64,000 nt of DNA from the human T2T-CHM13v2.0 reference genome, Homo sapiens: assembly GCF_009914755.1 (NCBI RefSeq), contig NC_060926.1, one strand, 5' to 3'. Each line of letters opens with the position of its first letter. The first letter of the stretch is position 1. Below, piece after piece: positions 25,844 to 39,670 of the stretch. The position numbers and the translations under genes were made by a program. The notes under the pieces are model-generated. The model searched no databases, was not told the DNA's origin, and saw nothing but the letters and a program-made list of their open reading frames with translations.

Positions 25844-26393
25844 ATAAATGGTAGATCTAGGAACTTAGAAAGTACAGTAGTTTAGTGTGAGGGCAAACAG
25901 CTTTACATACTTCAGCTGCCCCAAAGGACTGACTGTATTACAGCACAGTACAGTGACTGATGTTCACAATGATGGCTTTGGGTTATCAAAAAGAAGTTAA
26001 CTCACGTTAGCAAGTTCAATTTAACAAGGTACGATGTGTGTATTATTTTCAAAATGGTAAAAGGAGCAAGAAAAGTTTTCTTGCATAAAACAGAAGGCAT
26101 TAGTTATATGGAATGCTCACTTCTGTAAATACATCTTCCCTAATGGTATGAGATAGTTAGTATACATACCCATCCATCCATCTATGCATTTCATCTTTGG
26201 CAATTTTCTGTTCTTTTAGTTAAGATAGGTTACCGACTACTCCTACCACTGCAAATATCACCAAACTACAATACAGTATACTAATTACTAAACTAGATTA
26301 ACACTGATGGCTAACTTTATTATTTATAATTGTAATTTCAGATTTCATATGAATGATAAAGAATTCTGTAAAATTACATTATTAACATCTTAG

Positions 26394-26711
26394 AGCCAGG
26401 TGGCTCATGCCTGTAATCCCAGAAGTTTGGGAGGCCAAGTCAGAGGCAGGTGGATTGCTTGAGTCTAGGAGTTCCAGACAAGCCTGGACAACAAGTTGAA
26501 ACCCCGTCACTACAAAAAAATACAAAAATAGCCGGGCATGGTGGTGTATGCCTGTAGTCCCAGCTACTAGGAGGCTAAGGTGGGAAGATCTCTTGAGTCC
26601 AGGAGGTCAAAACTGCAGTAAGCTGTGATGGTGTCACTACACTGCAGCCTGGGTGACAGAGCAAGATCCTGTCTCAAAAAATGGAAAATACAATAAATTT
26701 AAAAAATAAAA
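26394..26711 (+). mobile_element. AluJ
   Basis: 'gattgcttgagtctaggagttc', 'aggaggtcaaaactgcagt', 'gatcctgtctc', degenerate A tail. Confidence 0.93.
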
Positions 26712-27429
26712 TTTGAGAAAAATTGAATGAAGAAATATGTAATAATGGGTGGTGGTATCTGTCTTACTGCAGGTAAGTTGTTCCTCAACTAACTCTTTCT
26801 GCCTCGAAGGTGGCCATAAATTGACACATACTGATAATCGCTAAGCAACTGCATGGATTATTTAATACCCGTCAATTGTAGATTATGACAAACATAAAGA
26901 GATAGTCTTTGCCAAGGTCCCCAGTTTAGATTGTTAAGGTAAAACCCTGAAATCTTACTTTCCCTTTCAAGTTTCCTATACTTTATTTTAGATAAAGCTA
27001 AATTGACATGTTTAGTTTTCATAAAATTGTAAGTTTCTTTGCTTACATATTACTAATACTTGAAGAGTACTGGGAATATCATCCTGTCCTTGTTAACAAA
27101 AGTGAACAGAACATGAACCAGAGAATTTGAACTTGGAGATCTAGATGATAGCTACATCATTAAGAAATAAAAGTAGTCAAATGGAATATTCAGTTGCTTT
27201 TCATAATATGACTTTCCAAACATTATTATAAATTCAATTTTGGCTTGTTTCTCTCCTAAAGAGGCATGAGCCAGTTTATATACTAAAACTACACATCTCA
27301 CTTAAACAAAATTATTATTTTTATTATTATTTCAATTAACTTTCTTTCATCCTAACTTCTAAGATGCTATTTTGGTTGTTCTCTTTGATCCGCCTGTTTT
27401 TCTTTTGCTCTGTAATTGCCATCACATAG

Positions 27430-27920
27430 CAAGATCTAGCCCTTAGCCTTCTACAGTCTCTCTAAAAATTAAGCATATCACTAGGTGGATTTAAAGCCAA
27501 CACACTCAGGAATATTCAGTAGTTTTGCATGTCACTAGTTTCCTGATCTGACCTTACTGCCATATCATCTGGATATCCCACCCTTTTCAAATGTAAGACC
27601 CAAATTACAACTATTTTTTCTCCCACAAACTAGTTTATTGACATCACCATTATCTCCATTGCTAAGGCTTGAAAACGAGTCATCTGTTTCTTTCCAGTCT
27701 TTATTTTCATTTGGATTCATCACTTTTTTCTTTGGAATCTATAATTTCTATCCCTTTACCTCTCTTCTCAATATCCTCCAATGAGTATAGGATCCCTTAA
27801 GTTCAGGCACAAATAACTTCAGCAGTCTCTAGTCTCTTCTCTCCTCAAATCCATTTTACAATTAATTTGTCTAATTTTGTTTCATCCTGTCAGTATCGTA
27901 TTGAAAATACTAACTGAATA
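27430..27920 (+). mobile_element. Degenerate L2 fragment
   Basis: 'catctggatatccca', 'catcaccattatctccattgctaaggcttgaaaac..gagtcatc', 'ctcaaatccatttt' follow the L2 ORF2 3' region in order. Confidence 0.45.
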
Positions 27921-30900
27921 ACTTGTACCATGTTCTTATTTTGAACCTAAAAGCTGATGCATCATCTTTGCATCATCAAACCCCAATGTCTCATTTGCAC
28001 CTGGAAAATCATAGCAAACTGGTTTTAATGTCCCTGTTTCCAATATCATCAGGGCCTGCATACTTGTTGTAGTTTACTTTTTTTCCTACACTCAAGTTTA
28101 ACCGCATCAAAAATATAGATCTTGCTTCTAAAGGTAATCTTGAAACTAGACAGGCTTTCTCTAAAGTATAATTTCAGGGGCTTGGAGCTACTTACTTCCT
28201 CTCCCTCCTGAACTGATTCTCTTTCTGCTGTCTATGGTGCCACAACTAGAAATACATTTCTCCAGGTTTAAAGCTGAACCCTCATAACTTTCCAAGTAGC
28301 CTTCTAGCAAAAAACAAACAAAGAAACAAACAAACAAAAAACTAGAGTTTTCTTTTTTTTAATATATTTAAGTTGGCTTTTAGAAACTGGATGGCAGAGT
28401 GTTTTATTTGGCAAACATAGTACATTTTTAAAAATGAAGTTATTATCCACATTTACACGTTAGGTTTCAAACAAAAACTTAGATTTCCAGTTTCTCATAA
28501 AAAACAGTTGACGTTGCAACCAGAAATTGCAGCAAATTCCTCTCACACTCCTGAGTCTTTCTAAAAGGGGCTACTTTGGAGGGAAATAATAATATTTTAG
28601 ACAGTTGAAAGGGAACTATGTCACTAGATACAAGACCATGTCAGCCTCTCTTAGGAGAAAATCACCTTTCTTGTTTCAGGCCTTCTGCCCATCTGCAAAA
28701 ACACTACTGCTTGTCTTCTTTAATAAATGGAAGCAATTTAAAGAAAACAATCTATAAAATGCTACATAAGACCACATTAAAACTACAAGTAAAAATTGAC
28801 ATCCAACAAAACCCTGCTTTCAAATACAATTTCTTAGAAAGAACCTTGATTCTGCTGTATCCACCACATCTCGAGTCTATCTCCAGGGAAAGTACAATAG
28901 CGTTAAAGGTAACGGGTAGAGACTGTTGCCAAGTCAATGAAGCAAAGACTTTCTCTCTAGATGCATGGAAATGCACGGTGATGGGTTGATTAGGTCAAGG
29001 CATCTTTTGTATTATGCATGTAAATGGGAATTAATGTCCTCAGAGTGCCAGTAGCTATTTTGTTGAATTTGGTAAAAATGAAACCCTGTGTTTAAGCTTC
29101 AATTCTCTAAAGTTTATGTTGGGAGGAAGATGCAAAACTCTTTATACTTCCATAATTAGGTATTCCTTTGCTGACTTATCAATTGCCTCAACTTAGGACT
29201 CAAAGTGCTTAGCGTCAAATTGAAAGAGAACACATCTTTTATTAGAATTGCTTTTGGTTTGTTTCCTCTGATAACAAGGTAATATCTGCAAACCAGTGAA
29301 TATTGACACTATTTACAACCAAATTATAGGAAAAAGTCAGTAGGGTATTTAAAGATGGGATTAGTAATACCTCATTTACCTAGGCATTTCCTGGGAAGGA
29401 GCAATTCTGGATAACTGAATTTTCTCTGTACCTGAAGCTTATGCCCATTTAAACCTAAATATTAGATAGAAATCTTCATAAAATATATTAACTGCTACAT
29501 TCCTGTCTTCCTACATAGATGCTTCTAAACATAATACTATCTTTTTTTTCTCCTGATGATTCAGGGGTCATCTCTGTGAGCATTCATTACTGTACCATGT
29601 GGTTATATATTTCTATGCATGCTTTATCATTTTTTTCTCTCCTCCCTCAACGTCAGGCTTTCAGCTGTCACTTTGGCTGTCACTGTGTCTCTTCTCAGCT
29701 TCCCCTTTGCTGTTTCTAATCTGTCGTGGGCTGGGAAACCAGATAACCAAGTTTATTAAGAATGACATGCTGAATAAAAGTCAGTAAGACTCAGAGTGGG
29801 CACTAAGAAATAAAATGCATGACTTTAATGTGCAGTTTTTGTGAAAACTATTTTGAATATGCAGAGGCTTTTTAAATTTAATTTTAGATTGGGCAACCGC
29901 GTTAGGGTTGAGGTTGTTGTGAGAATTTGTAGAATATGTCCCCATTCAGTTTCAAAGTATTTCTCTGCAGGAGACCAAGGCAGTTTTGACAAACACGGGC
30001 AAGAGAAGCTAAGTTTTCCCTTTGGAAGCAGAGGAATCTGGTAGGGAAACACTCAAGGACACTCATGTGAGGCTTTAGGCAACTGTGGAGATCAAACTCT
30101 TCTCTCTGATCACCAGATATCCTCTTCTTCATATCGAGATGGAGGGCATTGCCTGAAAGAACGAAAATTTAGCACTAATAGGTAAAATGTATGGATTCCT
30201 GTTAGAATCTCTCAGAATTTTACCTTCTCCTTTATAGTAGAATGTTGGCTAGGTGAGATAGAGGTAATCTGGGAAGGGAAAAGTCCAGAAGTCACTGTTT
30301 TTCCCATGTATTAATCTACCCACTTCACTTCCATCTCTTTCTGGACAATGCACAAATCAGAACCCTAACCCAACGTTTCTTTTCCTGAGACTAATGCTGT
30401 CCCTGAGGATAGTCTATGGGGTCCCCATGTGCTTGTGGCATCCTGGGCCTCCCCATATCAATACATCACCACCACCTGTTGTTAAAACATAGGCTCATGT
30501 ATTCACTTGCTTTTATTCGAATGACTTAATCTTCATGGCCTAGCAACAAATAGAACCCTCCCTACAGAGCCCTCCTTATATACCTTATTATTGCATACTC
30601 ACTCTTTTTATGTCCTCTCTCAGTGCTTCTCTCAGTGCTCATTTTAAAAGAATTTCACCTCTCTAAAACAGAGTGGTGCAGGACTGGGTGGGTAGAAGAA
30701 ATTGATTTGTTTTGCCTGCCCCTGTAGCCACAGAATCCAGTTACAGCCAGGTTTTTGCTGCAATCAGTAAGGATTTCTCATGTTCTAACAAAGATGAAAG
30801 CAATAGGAGATAGCATCCGTTATCTTCTCAGGGACTTTCTTTTCAGTATGACAATGGGCATTTTTTGTTGTTGTTTTTGTTTAAAGCCAACTTACATGCT

Positions 30901-31460
30901 GTACAGCAAGGGCCTCCATCTTCCAAACACTCTAAAGAGTAAAATTAGTCTGAAATCCAGTAGAAGAATACTGATTATACCATCAGTCCAAAATCTTCAG
31001 GGCCACCAGAAAGTGCCATGGGCTTGCGGCTGCTAATCACTTAGTTTGGTGCTTTCTAACAAGGTGTTGTCTTTCAGGTTTTTTGTTGCATCACACTAAG
31101 CTATGCTTGCTTCCTCCGAACACATTTAAGTGGATTCTTTTTCCAATCTGGAGACTTATAAAAATAAATATACATACCCCTTTACTACTAATAGTAGGGT
31201 TTTCTGCAATTGGATCTAAGTTCTGGGAGCATGAGTCAGGGGAATCAATTTATTCTATTTTAGGATATGCATTGAGATCCACCTCAAAACCTTTTAAATC
31301 AAGATTCAATTAAATTTAATATATGTAAGTTTGTTATATTAAAAAAACAAATTGAAACAAAATATCACTGGAGAGACACAAGAAAACTGTACAGTCCTGT
31401 GGTCCTTATTTTATCTCTTCTTTCAGAAATGTTGGAAGCCAAACTAAAATTACAGGCTTG

Positions 31461-31560
31461 AAAAGAAAACCAGTTTTAGAATTCCATCGCCCTCAAAGAT
31501 TTCAACAATCAAAACAAAACCAGTTTTATAATTCCATCACCCTCAAAGATTTCAATTATC
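31461..31560. repeat. Tandem duplication, 2 x 50 bp (45/50 identical)
   Basis: aaaagaaaaccagttttagaattccatcgccctcaaagatttcaacaatc / aaaacaaaaccagttttataattccatcaccctcaaagatttcaattatc. Confidence 0.95.
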
Positions 31561-31930
31561 ACCACTACAAATCAATATAGGTAATCACTTGCATACACCA
31601 AGACAATTTTACTCTAAATGCCATGTCTATATACATAACTGGACTCCATCCTTTAAATTCTCTGTATAAAAAGACCCAGCTCAAAGTTACATTCTCTTTG
31701 AAGCTATCTGGATTTCCCAGATAGAAGTCTTTGGTCTATATTTTTAATCTAAGTTTAGCATGGTTGCTTGGTCTTGCACTGTCATGTGTTGTACCACATG
31801 ATCACTCAATAAGCTTTAGGTAGCAAAAGAGGGAGTTCTTTCCATCTCTGTGTTCTCCAAAAGTGTCTAGAAGATAGTCCAATGTAGGAAACAAATTATA
31901 TTTAAGACTGTCATACACTGCTTTGTCTAA

Positions 31931-32378
<448 letters not shown>

Positions 32379-35300
32379 TAATTCAAACCCAACTTTCCAA
32401 CCTGTAAAATTTGCTGGTAGGCTGGCCAATAATATGTACATAACCTGAAATGCAAAATATGATGAAAAGCATAGTGTTATAAAATAGAATATTCCAGACA
32501 TTCATAAATATGGATTTGATGGCCCATACTATGAATGATTCAGCACGCAGACCTTTGAAATTGTGATAGTCCTCTTTATGTACAGAATGAAAACCATCCA
32601 GAGGCAACAAAATGTCGAATTCTCTAATCCATCATATCATGAAGCCATCACAGCCTTGCACATGAGATTTGGTTGGTGGGAATAGAAAAACATTTGCAAG
32701 TCTCTGGATTTCTCTGGCTCTTTACTCAGAGATGTCACATGCATCCATGGGTTTGAGAATAAGTGTAATTGAAGTGAACTGCAATGTGTCTCTAATAAGT
32801 GGCTTTGAGAACATATATTTGTGTAGGCATATAGTACATATCTGTACTGAAGCACTCTTATCCTAAGTGTCATCTTGTAGCACAGACCTGATCAAACTCC
32901 GGGATTCAAAATGATAATTTATTTGGTATAAATGACACAAGCCAAAGAAGATAAAATATGTTAAGTACTTCTCTTGATTTTCTCTTCTCCAAACACACAC
33001 AGATATTAAATAAACCACTCCCCTCCCGGTTCTTTTCCTTTAACCATGAGAATCACTGACCCACTGTGCTCTCAGTATTATCCATGTGAAATATCTGCCC
33101 CCTCATCGGGTACAACAGATTAAATGATGATTAAGCTGAGTGTTAAATTTAGGATGTTGTTTCACAAAACCTCCCTACCTTGTAGTGACATTTTTTTCTA
33201 AAGACATTTTCTTGTAATACTCCAAAAGTTAATGACTGAATTTTAGATGGAGGCATGACGTGAATCTCAAATGACCATAATTTCTTTATAGGCAAATTAT
33301 ATACAGAGTTTTCAAAGACGTGAAGAGAGTTATGCATCGTTGATTTTATACCCTAAGTGATGATTAGAAGTAAAATTTCTTAGCTTAAAAGTAAACAGAA
33401 AAATAAAGGAGGTATCTGACATGGGGAAAGAAAATCTCAGGAACATAGAACTGGGCTTGCATACTGTATAGTACTTGAAAAACCGTTAAGTGGAAATGTA
33501 TGATCTCAGAATAGTGTTTTTAGGCTTAACTCTCTGCGATAACAGGTTCAGACTGACCTGGTATCTCATAAGACATTTTGATAGCAATTCAAATAAATGA
33601 GATTTTTTAAACATTGAAGTTAAAGAAATTTTTAAAACTCTTCAAATGCTTATTTTTTTAGGAAGGATAAAATGGTCTTATTTTCATCTGTGGAAACAAT
33701 ACACATGAGCAGCTTTATTCTGAAATGCCATTGCAAAGATTTGTAATGCTTTTCTATTGTTTTACGATCAGAGTTGCTGCTTTTGCAGTGCAGAACAATG
33801 CTGCATTATATAGAATCGGCAGATTGAACCAAGAAAACAAAAGGGAGCACTGGGCAACCATCCGTTCCTTTTAGGACTCTTGCCCTCGCCACATATCACC
33901 AGATCTCTTTAGTTAGTCAGTCTTCTTGTGGCCATAACAACCCCGAGGGCTGACTCGGGGATGCTTCCATAGAAAATCTCTCATTCACTTTCTCTCTCTG
34001 AACTAAAACTGTAGCCCAACAGCTCCCATTCCCTATTCTAAGATGAATACTAAGACTCATCTGTGAAGTCCTTTCAAATATACACAATTTAGCTTATACG
34101 TATATACATTAAAGCCAACTCCATGGTAGTTATATTCATCTGAAAATCCTTTAGTTTATATCCTGCACTGATTCAGGCTGTCTTGGGGAGATACGTCTGT
34201 GTGTGAAAACAAAAAAATGGCAAATGAATTGACTTGAGGTTATAAACAAAGATCCGATTCTATCTAATCCTTGCTAATTTCCCCTCCTTCTTTTATTTTC
34301 CAAGTAAGCCTAGTTAACAAAGAAATTTTACAGAAAAAAAAATGCCTTGGTAAATATTATCTGAATAATCCTCTATAAGAAAAGCAGGCTCTATTTCATA
34401 AATGGAATAAAATGCCTTTGAATATGATTAGAGATTGCATCATTATGTCATCCTGTTTTGAGCATCATTCCTTTTTTATTTTCTAGTGGTTTCTATTTTA
34501 TTGTTACTTTGTGATAACACACTAACATGCTATGTGTTGTATGTTAGCAGTAATATTATGTGCTTGTTTTTAGATTGTTCTGGATTTATCTTTTCAAGGT
34601 CAAAACATTTCAGTCTGCTTAAGAAGCTACTCTGTGGAGATTTTTTTTTCATAACTTCTATTTCTTTTTAATTCCCAGACATGTTTAAAATTCTAATCAG
34701 AGTGTGAAAGCCACATTCAAATATGATATAACACAGAGAATCAAAATCAATCATCTACCACAACTTTATCCCTATTTTATGATCCATCAACAAAAAGCTA
34801 TTTTTGTAATCTCGTTAGATTTGCCAGCAATAATGACCTAAGATTAAAAATTGGGGAGGGCTTTTTTTTCATTTTCTCTTTTTCCCCTTGGGTAGTATGA
34901 TTCACTCTGTGGGTACTGCACTTAAACAAGTATTCACACCCCCTCTGATCTGTTCTTGTCAGCTTTTTCATGTTAGTACAACAGGAAAGCACCCCATCAA
35001 TCATTGTTTCTTCATCTATCAGTCAAAATGTTCATTTTGTGACTATTGGTCCTGCATCCCAATCTGTGACAATCTATGAGTGTATATTTAATTTAAAAAG
35101 AGCAATGTGGGAAGACACAACACTTTAAGTGAAGTTTGTAAATGAGAAGAGCTAAATTATCAGTTAGTGTGTCAATGTTATTGATGGGTGGACTAGAAAA
35201 ATACCTACTGGATGCAAAGTCGAGAAACTTACTGTAAGCCCTACCCCAGTCCCCTAAACCCATTTTGCTGCTGAATGCTGACACTTGAATAGTTTCTGAT

Positions 35301-35948
35301 AGGCCAAGGTTTTTCGTATCACAAGGAGAAAGTAGATTTAAAAGGCAAAAATCCAAAGGAGAGAATACAAAAGGAAAAATATAGATCCTGTGGGCAGATT
35401 TTGGTAGAGTAATTAACAGAAACAGAGTGCTTAATGCCAATATGCTAAATACTAAATGCTAACCGAATAACTATAGGAGGTAGACTGAGGTGCCAAGATT
35501 GGAGACTGGTGTGGTAAAGGCCAGCTCCACTTGACAGTAAGAGTCGGATGTTAAACAACTTGCCATAGCTGCCTCCTGACTTCTTGGAGGTGTTTTTTTA
35601 GAATATAACTGTGGTCCTTTGGTCCACTATACCTAGGGACTTTTGGACTTCCTCCTGCCTACAATTGCGTGCAAAGGTCAAATAAACTGGCAAGGAACAA
35701 AATGTGAGACCACAAATGCAAAAATGGCACAACTGCACTACTGAAATAAATACGTTGAATCAATGAACTCTGATATTTCTGCATTAAAATGCAGCTTGCA
35801 ACCACTAACTGCAAAGGAAAATATGAAGGGAAAATAAAGAGATGGTAACTAGGACCTAATATCTATATTACTAACTCAACTTCAGAAAGTTGGTATATTT
35901 TCAAAATTGCAGATATGTCTGCAACCTAAAGTATACTTCATAGCATTT

Positions 35949-36262
35949 AATTAATTAATTAATTTTGAAGTTTATTTTAGAGGCAGAATCTCACTCTGTT
36001 GTCCAGGCTGAAGTGCAGTGGTGCAACCGTAGCTTATTGCAGCCTGAAACTCCTGGCATCATGTCCCCCTTTTACCTCAGCCTCCTGAGTATCTGGAACT
36101 ATAGGTATCCACTACCATGGTCGGCTAATTGTTTTTATTTTTTGTAGAAATAGGGTCTTCCTATGCTGTCCAGGATGGTCTCAAACTCCCGGCCTCAAGG
36201 GATTCTCTTGCCTTGGCCTGCCAAAGCACTGGGATTATAAGTGTGAGCTACCACGTCCAGCC
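35949..36262 (-). mobile_element. AluJ (highly diverged)
   Basis: Antisense dimeric Alu; TSD catagcattt at 35939-35948 and 36263-36272. Confidence 0.92.
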
Positions 36263-37099
36263 CATAGCATTTTATTTTGAGGTTTAGGGACTAACGTGTG
36301 TATGATTTAGCAAGTGATGTTTAATGGCATTTTAAAATAATGGGTACCAAATAGAAACATATGAATTGTTACTTGAATATAATTAAACTTTGTAAATTAA
36401 TGGATTAGACTAGAAAGAAAAGATTCCAGAAATTTGAGGGGAAAAGGTAGGTTCTAGCACTGTCTCTTACATTTACATATTCTGTCTGTTTGGGCATGTT
36501 ATTTTATCTTTTTGCATCGGTTTCCCTCTTAATGTATGGGTGAATATATAATAGTTGGAATTAAACCATAAATCAGTCAACTTCTAAGCTGTATACTATA
36601 AAAAACATTTGATGTAAATAATAAAACTCCTTGGAATCTGTCCCTCTTTGTGTCTCCATAACCTTCTATATTTGTTAGTTGAAATAATTATTTCTAAGTC
36701 TGAGGATTGTCCATTCAAGGTTGAACACTCAAGAAAACTGATTTATCTCTGTTCATCTCTACAAAGTCAGAATCGAAGAAGCATCATATCCTTTGGTTAA
36801 ATTCAAGGTAGGGAAAAGAAAATCAAACCAATTCTACCAAAGAACAAATCAATTGATTTGATTATGAGTAGGTGGAGGTTACATTCTTTATCTTACTGAA
36901 TTTGAGGTAAAATCGGTTAATCCTTTTATCCCCAATATTCATATTTAATGCAGAAAATGCTCTCTGGAACAAAAGTAATCATTACAAAATAAAGGCTTTA
37001 TTCTACATTTTAGCAATAGTCTTTCCTTGGCTTATAAAAAATTAATTGCGGGGTATTCTCTTGATTGGGTACTTTAGATCCTGGTGACTGTTCTAACTG

Positions 37100-37300
37100 A
37101 TGGGGCTGAAAGACAGTTCCCTTATCTCATAGCCAAATCACCTCCATGCAAATTGATCTGGGAGTGCCTTTAGAATAAACACAGCTGGATTCTCTGCAGC
37201 CATTTATGGGTCCAGTTTCCTAGGCTTAATTTTGATTTATAACTACTGAAATTAAATTAGCCATCTTCACTGCTTAAGGGTGGCTTTGATTTCACCAGTG
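37100..37300. promoter_or_regulatory. Candidate enhancer (motif cluster)
   Basis: GATA CTTATCT 37121, octamer ATGCAAAT 37146, FOX-like AATAAACA 37174, E-box CAGCTG 37182, CArG CCATTTATGG 37200, PBX-HOX-like TGATTTAT 37233. Confidence 0.35.
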
Positions 37301-37950
37301 CAGTAGGGAGACTATTTACCAACATATTTTATCAGTAACATTTCAACCTGGGTAAGGGGGTGGCGGTGGGGGGAAGGCATCTTATCTTTGGTATTTGTAC
37401 TTGAGATTCCTTCAGAATATTTTAATTGTATTATTTACCGACAAATGTGAGGATTAGATTGTCAAATCAGACTCATATGAATTAAAGATCTTGCCCAGCA
37501 TCAAGCTTTGCTAAATAATTTCAAGGATATAAGCTATCAAGTTCAGATAAGGTGCATCATATAACATAAAGTGGTGTACCTTATGTCATATGCTCCAGGT
37601 AGCCCTGCCTCATAGATCCTGGGTTCTATTAACTATGGGTAATCCCTTAGCCAGAGACATCTTGCTAGGGACAGAGATATAGTCTCTTATTCATAGTAAG
37701 TAACATTAGTCTATTTCCATTTGACAAAGAGATTAGACTAAGTCTTTGCTTTCCTCTAGGAGCACAAATTATTGTACAAAACGAGAAACAAAATTTGAGA
37801 GATTAAAATATGTGAAATATGTTAATAGTTCTAAGAAGGCTTTTATCTAGAACACGGTAATAAATGTCAACGTGCTATAGTAGGAAGAGTTGAAGATAAA
37901 TGGTTAGATATCGCTTTTTATCCATATGACTTTGTGCATTAGTTTTTTGA

Positions 37951-38313
<363 letters not shown>

Positions 38314-38340
38314 GACTATGGAAATTTTAAAAGACAGTAC

Positions 38341-38344
38341 ATAT

Positions 38345-38384
<40 letters not shown>

Positions 38385-38423
38385 ATACACATATGCTATA
38401 TACACACACACACACACGTATAT
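38341..38423. repeat. (GT)n/(AC)n inverted microsatellite pair
   Basis: atatacgtgtgt... mirrored by ...acacacgtatat. Confidence 0.92.
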
Positions 38424-39496
38424 CACAGAACTGAAGACCATAAAATGTTCTATACATATGAAAAAATGAGAATTTGAAATGTACATAATTCTTCACACAG
38501 ATAGCTGACAGTGTTATAAATCTCCTTTCTTATAAATAAGAAAAACAGTCTCAGAAGTAAGTAATATTCTGATGGAGAGTTAGAAAAGAAAACCTGTCTT
38601 ACAACTCTTTAAACATGCTTCTCCTCTAAGCTAAATCATAGTTTGCTAAAGAAGGTCGTGATAAGGTAGAAGAAAGACAAGAAAAGCCAAGGCAATGGGG
38701 TGAAGCAGGCGGAGAAAACTGTTTATGCCTCTTCTTCCAATGTCTATTTATTTTCTTTGTGGTTCTGAGCAACTATTTCTTCTTTTATCTTGCAACTGTC
38801 AAAGCAGCTCTCTGTAGAGAAACCAGCAAGCACACCCATTAAAACCAAAGCATGAATTTTCGGGTGAGGATCAGTGAGCCTCTCTTAAGAATACCTGAAT
38901 TTTCACAGAGATAAACATATTTATTTGATTTAAATGGTAGAAAGTGTTAATTACTAAGTTTCATATACTACCAGGAGTCATAGAGAAGTCATTTTGGAGA
39001 CCAAGAGTATATTCCTAGACCATGTAATCACATCATTTGAGTAGCTGCTTACTGAGTTTATTCACAATGAAAGCCTGATACATAAATTCTTTAAACAGAA
39101 ACCAGTGGCATTGTTAATTTCCACTTTTGTTTCCAAATTGTTGCTTTTGTCTCATTGAGAGCATATTACTTACTTCAAGCACCTTAACAAACAAAGCTGG
39201 GTCATACACAAACGTCCTACTGTACCAGCAATAAGACAATATGAATACCCTGCAACCTCTCAACAACCAGAAGACAAAGATGTATTTGGAAGGGGCAGAT
39301 GGGAAGTGAAAAAGAGAAATAAAATATACTTTACAGGGAATATTTTGCACACGTAATTCTGAGTGTTATATTTTTAGCTTGTATAAATAAACTTCATTAG
39401 TCTTCATTTTGAATATACAGGAAAAGTTTTTTTAGAAAAGACTCATTGTCACAAGCTGATAAGGTAAGTTAGGACAGTATATGATTAATATGCTAC

Positions 39497-39670
39497 AATG
39501 ATGTCTAAGAGAGAGGATGCTCATTAAATTTGTGTGTGACAAAAGTTGGAAAGAGTGTTAAGACCTTGAAATACTGGAGCATCTTTCAAAGTGAAACTTG
39601 ACAAGTTAGAGAAATGGTCAGATAGAGAAATGGATTTTAATCAGACTGAAAGGAAAATTAATGTATTGGT
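39497..39670 (+). mobile_element. L3/CR1 LINE fragment (reverse-transcriptase region)
   Basis: Frameshifted translation MLIKFVCD-KLE...FQSE-LDKLEKWSDREMDFN resembles CR1 ORF2 'LIKFADDTKLG...IQxDLDRLExW...MxFN'. Confidence 0.75.

Noticed and set aside
26770-26778. Isolated perfect donor CAG|GTAAGT (similar sites at 39463 and 44294)
   Set aside because: No convincing acceptor at exon distance; expected by chance
28618-28989. 123-aa ATG ORF in unique sequence
   Set aside because: No recognisable domain, promoter context or exon boundaries; this length is plausible by chance in 64 kb across six frames
31461-31560. Direct repeat as a CRISPR-like array
   Set aside because: Only two adjacent copies, no spacers, no cas genes, and a eukaryotic context
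32402-32444. 43-nt minus-strand exon (GYVHIIGQPTSKFY)
   Set aside because: Good acceptor but weak donor (CAG|gttgga) and no recognisable protein
37547-37584. 14-bp G:U-containing hairpin as a structured RNA
   Set aside because: Too short for a pre-miRNA. The wobble pattern and nearby 'ggtagccctg' fit CpG decay in a palindromic MER91-like MITE relic.
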